Source: a virus (Duplodnaviria; Caudoviricetes). From it: 51,355 nucleotides of DNA. A program made the position numbers and the translations under genes. Of the stretch, positions 46,100 to 51,355 are shown one piece after another. The notes under the pieces are model-generated. The model ran no database searches. It was not told the origin of the DNA and worked only from the letters and a program-made list of their open reading frames with translations. The DNA lies in the IMG/VR virus record IMGVR_UViG_3300043540_000524, positions 1 to 51,355 of that record. One strand, written 5' to 3'. Numbering within the stretch: position 1 is the first letter of the stretch; each line of letters starts with the position of its first letter.

Positions 46100-46531
46100 C
46101 TAAGGTTTAAAAAACCTATTGACAATTACGCTGTGGGTATCCACGTGGATCCAATTCCCCGTACCATTATCTTCCATCCTAATACCAAACTCTGCTAGTT
46201 TTGGAAGTAGGAGGGCTTTTGCCTCTGCGCAAGGGACAGAGCTGACTGTGAAATCGGCCGCCATTCCCATGGTGTGAACGTCTGTAGAGAAGCCCCCGAC
46301 CATAGGGCTGTACTTAGGAGGGCGGTACCCAGAATTGATGTTAATAGTCCTGTCTTGAAAGAAATCTCTAATAAGTTCCAATTTAAGGCACAAACTGGCT
46401 AGATTTGTTTTTATGGTGTCATTAAGACCATCCGCCTCGGTTGCCATACGGCCCCATAAATTGCAATAGAGCATCTCTTTAACAGTAAAATTAGGGCTCA
46501 CGCGAGCGTTTGGATCTGTCCAATCAATCAT
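46100..46531 (-). CDS. Endolysin, peptidase M15A
   Basis: SPNFTVKEM, INSGYR, H-x2-G-x-AAD, WIHVD. Confidence 0.88.
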   Translation of the reverse strand: MIDWTDPNARVSPNFTVKEMLYCNLWGRMATEADGLNDTIKTNLASLCLKLELIRDFFQDRTININSGYRPPKYSPMVGGFSTDVHTMGMAADFTVSSVPCAEAKALLLPKLAEFGIRMEDNGTGNWIHVDTHSVIVNRFFKP

Positions 46532-46535
46532 AATA

Positions 46536-47117
46536 TTACAAGCCCATTAAAATGTACATGAACAGCGCAACGACCATACCACCTAAATGCCCAGAATAGC
46601 CTACTCCCGTAGGAACGATCACAGACATACAGGTATTTTGATACTGTTGCAAGAAAATGAAACCAAGCATACAAGTACTAACTATCTTTATGATTAAATT
46701 TTCTCTAGTGGAGTATAGGAGGGCAAATGTCACAACCCCCATAATAGCCACGGAACTCCCAATCATGCCCTGCACCCCAAACAAAGAAGGAGTTACTGCA
46801 CTAAAAAGAGCTCCTAGTATCCCGGTGATGAAATAAATAGATAGGAATTTAAAACTCCCTATTTTATTCTCCAGGTACACACTTAGGGGGCCGCCAAAAA
46901 TAAAGTTGCCGGCTAAATGATTAAAATTAGCGTGTGCAAACATGTAGGTAAATAGCCCTAGGCAATCAAGAAGAGGTCCTCTACCAGGAACGAAGGCGAG
47001 GAAATCGGTGATTTGTGGGAAGAATAAAGTCAGTACATAAATTACTAAGTTTATTAAAAAAAGAGAGGCAAACCCGATGGGGAGTTTTTTTATTCGTTTT
47101 ATCTTAGGTTTTTTCAT
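46536..47117 (-). CDS. Rhomboid intramembrane serine protease
   Basis: TYMFAHANFNHLAGN, LENKIG, IGSS (catalytic Ser), GHLGG (catalytic His), ~6 TM helices. Confidence 0.88.
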   Translation of the reverse strand: MKKPKIKRIKKLPIGFASLFLINLVIYVLTLFFPQITDFLAFVPGRGPLLDCLGLFTYMFAHANFNHLAGNFIFGGPLSVYLENKIGSFKFLSIYFITGILGALFSAVTPSLFGVQGMIGSSVAIMGVVTFALLYSTRENLIIKIVSTCMLGFIFLQQYQNTCMSVIVPTGVGYSGHLGGMVVALFMYILMGL

Positions 47118-47515
47118 TAGTTACCGTCCTTATATGTACTCGATAGTTTATCAATTATCGTTTTGAGCAAGTCGCCACCAGATAGGATATTAATGTTCTC
47201 TAGGATGGATAGAAGCTCCGTAATACCTATAAAGGAACTAACAACGTTCATTACTGGTAAGAGATTGTTTGTTAAGTAGTTTTGTACGATGAAGGCTACT
47301 AGAATTGTAGTTTCGTATACAAAGAACTTAATAACGGACCTTTTCAATCCACCACTAGTGATAGGCTTTTTTTGAAATCTGGCTACAGCAACGCCAGAAA
47401 TAAGATCTATGAAGATAAGACTAAGTGCCGCTAAGCACATCGGCTCTGCTGGAGCAAATACCGAAAGAAGGGACATTCCTACCGTTATCAGTACACGAGG
47501 CATCTTGTCTATCAT
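47117..47515 (-). CDS. Holin
   Basis: IDLISGV...ITSGGLKRSVIKF...ELLSILEN, phage holin 4-type pattern, 3 TM helices. Confidence 0.8.
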   Translation of the reverse strand: MIDKMPRVLITVGMSLLSVFAPAEPMCLAALSLIFIDLISGVAVARFQKKPITSGGLKRSVIKFFVYETTILVAFIVQNYLTNNLLPVMNVVSSFIGITELLSILENINILSGGDLLKTIIDKLSSTYKDGN

Positions 47516-47521
47516 AAAATA

Positions 47522-48445
47522 CTACTTCTTCATTAGGTGTTTTTTAAGAGCCATCGCTCTGAGGAACTGAGCCTTCTTGTCCATTTTAGGGGATGTTTTC
47601 TGCTCCTCTTTAACATTTTCCATTTCTTCTGGAGGCATTTCTAGTTCTCCCCCATCTGCTTTATGAGCAAGTTTACTCATCTTTGCAGGGCCGTACTTCT
47701 TTCGTCCGATGAAGGCAGCGAGGGCTTTAGGGTCATGGGCGCCCTTACCTGCCAACTGGTGAGTGAGATGTTCAAATCTCTTCCCGCTACCAAGTTTTGC
47801 CATACCTCCCTTAGCAAACTCATCTTCTTCCGTATCCCCTTCTTCATCCTCTAATCTAGAAATTTCTGGGGCCATTTCGTCTTCTGAGTTAGCCATTCCT
47901 CCGTGAGCGTAACGAGGTTCCGAACCCATCTCTTCGTTGTAATTTTCTTTTAATCCTACTGTGTCGTCGTCTTCGTGTGGATTAGTGAGATCGTTGTCCA
48001 TCGTCTCAACTTTTTCGTCGTCATATTCAGAAGCTTTGTTAACAATTCCGCCTTCTGCGTAATAGCGTTTCAATACTCTATCGTGAAGGGGGCTTTTTGG
48101 ATCATTGAGAGCATCACTCTCTAATTTCTCAGTCTTTTTGTTAGACATATCCATGTGCTCCTTATTCCGCATAGCAGCCATATTTTCAGCTTGCTGCTGC
48201 GTCATATCGTCCTTGTAATCCTCATCCACTGTAGATCCGCCCTCAGCCATCATGCCGCAATGCACGCAATCGTCATGCTCAGCAGAGTCCGCCATAGATC
48301 CACCATGAGCCATGTGCTTCTCTTTGGACCTCTTGGCGTTTGAAAGGGCGGCAGCAATAGCCTGCTTCCTCGGATGACCTGATTTCATCATCTCTTTAAT
48401 GTTTGTACTTATTACTTTTTGACTGGAACCGTGTTTTAATGGCAT
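47522..48445 (-). CDS. Acidic low-complexity protein with six A-x-G-G motifs (probable internal head protein)
   Basis: AGGAG RBS; N-terminal MPLKHGSSQKVISTNIKEM..G.P.KQAIA module; MAHGG, MAEGG, YAEGG, YAHGG, FAKGG, KADGG. Confidence 0.6.
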   Translation of the reverse strand: MPLKHGSSQKVISTNIKEMMKSGHPRKQAIAAALSNAKRSKEKHMAHGGSMADSAEHDDCVHCGMMAEGGSTVDEDYKDDMTQQQAENMAAMRNKEHMDMSNKKTEKLESDALNDPKSPLHDRVLKRYYAEGGIVNKASEYDDEKVETMDNDLTNPHEDDDTVGLKENYNEEMGSEPRYAHGGMANSEDEMAPEISRLEDEEGDTEEDEFAKGGMAKLGSGKRFEHLTHQLAGKGAHDPKALAAFIGRKKYGPAKMSKLAHKADGGELEMPPEEMENVKEEQKTSPKMDKKAQFLRAMALKKHLMKK

Positions 48446-48537
48446 ATTTTCTCCTAAAAATTAGTTTTGGGTTGGGGCCATAGCATTTATACTGTAGTAT
48501 AGAGTTATAGTTCTTCCATACATATCGGGTTGCATTA

Positions 48538-49626
48538 TTAATATCCTCCAATAATGAGATAGCCTGTTGTAGTTGCCCCGGTCATTGTCACGGCAGTAGT
48601 GGATAGTGATGTAGCTACCGCCGCCCCTACTTGGTTTGTTGTTATAACTGCGGGGGTGTTGGAAAAAGCTGTAGGGAAGGTGTAGGTGGCGGTCCCTAGT
48701 AAAGCACTACAGTAAACAATTACTTTTTTGTAACTTGATCCAGCAAAAGGCTGACTGAACACAGCACTTCCAGATGTGGAGCCTGAAACGATAGTTTGTG
48801 TTGCCGTGCTGTTAAATACAGGAGATGTGTGTTTTCCACTGGAGTCTACTTTAGCAAGTATAGTTCCAGAGCTATCTTGCCACTCCTGGAGATCGGACGT
48901 TTGTGAAGCCGCTCCACGAGCAATCATGGTTACTGTGGAAGAGTTTTCAGATACTATACCAAGCATTCCCAACTGAGTCGTTGTATTAACTAGAATAGGC
49001 CCACTACCCATAATCTGATCACTTCGACTTGGACTCACACCAATGTATGTACCATAAGCCATGTAGGGGGTCTCTAGAAAATTTACCGGGTCTACATCAA
49101 AATGGCCTATAGTAAAATCACCAATTATCAGATTTCCGGAAGCGCCAATGTGCACCCTGGCAGTTGTCTGCATTTTAAAGTACAAGCCGTGTGATGTTTG
49201 CGCGTCAATAAAAGGGTACCCGGAGCCGTCCACTCCCAAATGAAGGTAGTTAGTAGCACTGCCGGAGTAAAACCTAGCATCTCCCCCCCTTATATCCAAG
49301 GCCGTTTGGGGAGTAGAAGTACCTATTCCTAATCTAAAGTTAGTGTCGTCCCAAAATAATCGGTTGTTATCCTGGGCTGGATTGCCAGATCCGTCGGAAA
49401 ATACAATAGATCCCTGAGTAAGACCTCCAGTGCCTGTGGTATTGACTGTAATAGCTCCAGAGGTATTTGAGAGAGTTATCCCAGAACCCGGTGTTAGAGT
49501 AGACAGAGAATAAGTAGAGCTTGTGGAATTTCCGATCAGTAACTGGCCATCTGTAGGTGAGGTAGAAGTACCCGTACCACCATCTGGTATCAATAGTACG
49601 CCGGTTGTAAACATTGTGCTACTCAT
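48538..49626 (-). CDS. Tail fibre-like protein, paralog of 49633-50712
   Basis: [25 protein letters not shown]; near-identical DNA blocks shared with the neighbour. Confidence 0.75.
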   Translation of the reverse strand: MSSTMFTTGVLLIPDGGTGTSTSPTDGQLLIGNSTSSTYSLSTLTPGSGITLSNTSGAITVNTTGTGGLTQGSIVFSDGSGNPAQDNNRLFWDDTNFRLGIGTSTPQTALDIRGGDARFYSGSATNYLHLGVDGSGYPFIDAQTSHGLYFKMQTTARVHIGASGNLIIGDFTIGHFDVDPVNFLETPYMAYGTYIGVSPSRSDQIMGSGPILVNTTTQLGMLGIVSENSSTVTMIARGAASQTSDLQEWQDSSGTILAKVDSSGKHTSPVFNSTATQTIVSGSTSGSAVFSQPFAGSSYKKVIVYCSALLGTATYTFPTAFSNTPAVITTNQVGAAVATSLSTTAVTMTGATTTGYLIIGGY

Positions 49627-49632
49627 GCTAGT

Positions 49633-50712
49633 TTAATATCCCTCTATGAGGATAAATCCTGTTGTAGTAGTTCCAGTAACTGTCATAGTGGAAGCAGATA
49701 GACTAGTGACTATAGCGCTGGCTACTTGATTGGTAGTTACAATGGCAGGAGTGTTTGCAAATGCAGTTGGGAAAGTGTAGGAGGCCGTACCCACCAGAGA
49801 TGAAAGTCTTACAATGACTTGCTTATAGCTACTACCAGCAAAGGGTTGGCTAAATATAGCATTTCCAGATGTGGAGCCTGAAACGGTAGTTTGTGTTGCC
49901 GTGCTATTTAGGACAGGGCTTGTGAGGTTTCCATTAGAGTCTATTTTAGCAAGTATAGTTCCAGAGCTGTTTTGCCACTCCTGGAGATCGGCCGTTTGTG
50001 AAGCCGCTCCACGAGCAATCATGGTTACTGTGGAAGAGTTTTCAGAAACAACACCCAGCATCCCAAGTTGTGTGGTGGTGTGGACCAGTATGGGGCCGCT
50101 GCCCATGATGCAGTCCGCTCTAGGAGCAAGTGTATTGGACCCGCAATACGTTCCATAAGCAAGATCTGGGGTTTCTAGATAATTTACTGGATCAGCCGTG
50201 GTGTTGCCTATTATAAGGCCACCGCTTAACCCAATGTGCATCCTATTCACACCTTGAGTTTTAAAAAGCAGCCCTAGGGTGGATTCAGAATCAATAGCCG
50301 GTCTTCCGGAACTGTCTACATAAAGACGTAAGTAGTTAGTGGTTTGGTTTGAATATATGAAAGTGTCACCACCACGAACCTCTAGTGCCGCCCCCGGAGT
50401 TGCGGTACCGATACCAAGCCTAAAATTAGTATCATCCCAGAATAATTTGGCGTTATCTTGAGAAATTAATCCAGAAGCATTTGCAAATAGCACTGAGCCC
50501 TGAGTAAACCCCGTTGCCAGAGTTGCGCTGAGTGTTATAGAACCTGGGGCATTGGTAATTGAAACCCCCGCCCCTGCTGTTAGCGTAGACAAAGAATAGT
50601 TAGAGCCAGCAGTACTCCCAATTAGAAGCTGGCCATTCGTGGGGAGAGTAGATAGACCAGTGCCTCCATCTGGTATTTTCAAAATTCCACTATTGAACAT
50701 TGTATTTGACAT
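49633..50712 (-). CDS. Tail fibre-like protein
   Basis: Colinear with 48538-49626 over the full length. Confidence 0.75.
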   Translation of the reverse strand: MSNTMFNSGILKIPDGGTGLSTLPTNGQLLIGSTAGSNYSLSTLTAGAGVSITNAPGSITLSATLATGFTQGSVLFANASGLISQDNAKLFWDDTNFRLGIGTATPGAALEVRGGDTFIYSNQTTNYLRLYVDSSGRPAIDSESTLGLLFKTQGVNRMHIGLSGGLIIGNTTADPVNYLETPDLAYGTYCGSNTLAPRADCIMGSGPILVHTTTQLGMLGVVSENSSTVTMIARGAASQTADLQEWQNSSGTILAKIDSNGNLTSPVLNSTATQTTVSGSTSGNAIFSQPFAGSSYKQVIVRLSSLVGTASYTFPTAFANTPAIVTTNQVASAIVTSLSASTMTVTGTTTTGFILIEGY

Positions 50713-50717
50713 GTCGC

Positions 50718-51130
50718 CTATGCCTTCTCAATTAACTGATAAGCTACCACAGAAGTATCAGCGCTATCCGCAGAACTTATAGTAAACCCAGTTCCAGGAG
50801 TTGTGCTTGTCACGGCAACTGCCACAGGAATAGTTATAGTTCCCAGTGACTGAACAGTTAAATAAATAAGAGTGTTTGAAGTAACTGATGTATTTGACAC
50901 AACAACAGAACCCGCGGAAAGAGTGGCTGTTCCAACTCTAGCCCCAATTTGTACCTTGGTTCCGCTGGAATTTAAGTTGTATAAATTACCGTTGGAGTCA
51001 ATAAAGAGTCTGTTGTGCCCCGATGCAGGAGTTGCTGGGGTACTAGATTGAGGTATGTCTAAAAACCCAGGTAAACCAATTCCTGTTACAGAAGTATTAC
51101 CCATTTGTATAAAATTACTTACGGATACGG
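50718..51130 (-). CDS. 3' part of the origin-spanning tail fibre gene that starts at 1777
   Basis: In frame across the terminal repeat; C-terminal [18 protein letters not shown]...FTISS...DTSVVAY domain. Confidence 0.85.
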
Positions 51131-51355
51131 AGGCATTATAACCAAGAGCCATGGAATTGGTCAGGTTATTAACAGAGGCATCTGCGGACGTACCTAGGAA
51201 TGTCATCTGGTTATACAAAACCTGAGCACTTCCTGCGGCCCAACCCATGATGGTATTTTGAGAGCCCGTGGTGGAAAGGACCCCCGTGTAAGATCCCAGC
51301 GATGCGTTATATGCTCCCGAGGTTAGGGCAGCTAGTGATTTTCTTCCTAGAGCGA
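51131..51355. repeat. Terminal direct repeat, copy 2
   Basis: 224/225 identical to 1-225. Confidence 0.97.

Noticed and set aside
48538-50712. Diversity-generating retroelement template/variable repeat pair
   Set aside because: No reverse transcriptase; both copies are in full-length coding paralogs and the differences are not adenine-specific.

Overview
Apparently complete, circularly permuted ~51.1 kb dsDNA tailed-phage genome: 1-225 is repeated at 51131-51355 with one synonymous mismatch, and a tail-fibre gene reads across the join. The minus strand carries a podovirus-type virion module: large terminase, portal, scaffold, major capsid protein split by a group I intron with an EndoVII-type homing endonuclease, adaptor, nozzle, three probable ejection proteins and five fibre-like genes. 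It also carries a lysis cassette of holin, rhomboid protease and M15A endolysin. The plus strand carries two early/middle blocks: small membrane and hypothetical genes (20.3-26 kb), and a replication/nucleotide block (34-46 kb) with a PD-(D/E)XK nuclease, SSB, DnaB-like helicase, PolA, exonuclease, HNH nucleases, ClpP-like protein and dUTPase. I saw no integrase, repressor, RNA polymerase, primase, tRNA or CRISPR array. The most notable observations are a Zn-ribbon-fused miniature paralog of the capsid protein in the replication block, a rhomboid inside the lysis cassette, two large structured non-coding regions, a repeated A-x-G-G motif shared by a polyprotein-like ORF and the ejection proteins, a dispersed 'MNLRDKDW' mini-gene family, and a Fur/Irr-box plus sigma54 control region. 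All calls come from motif recognition by eye; no searches or folding programs were run.
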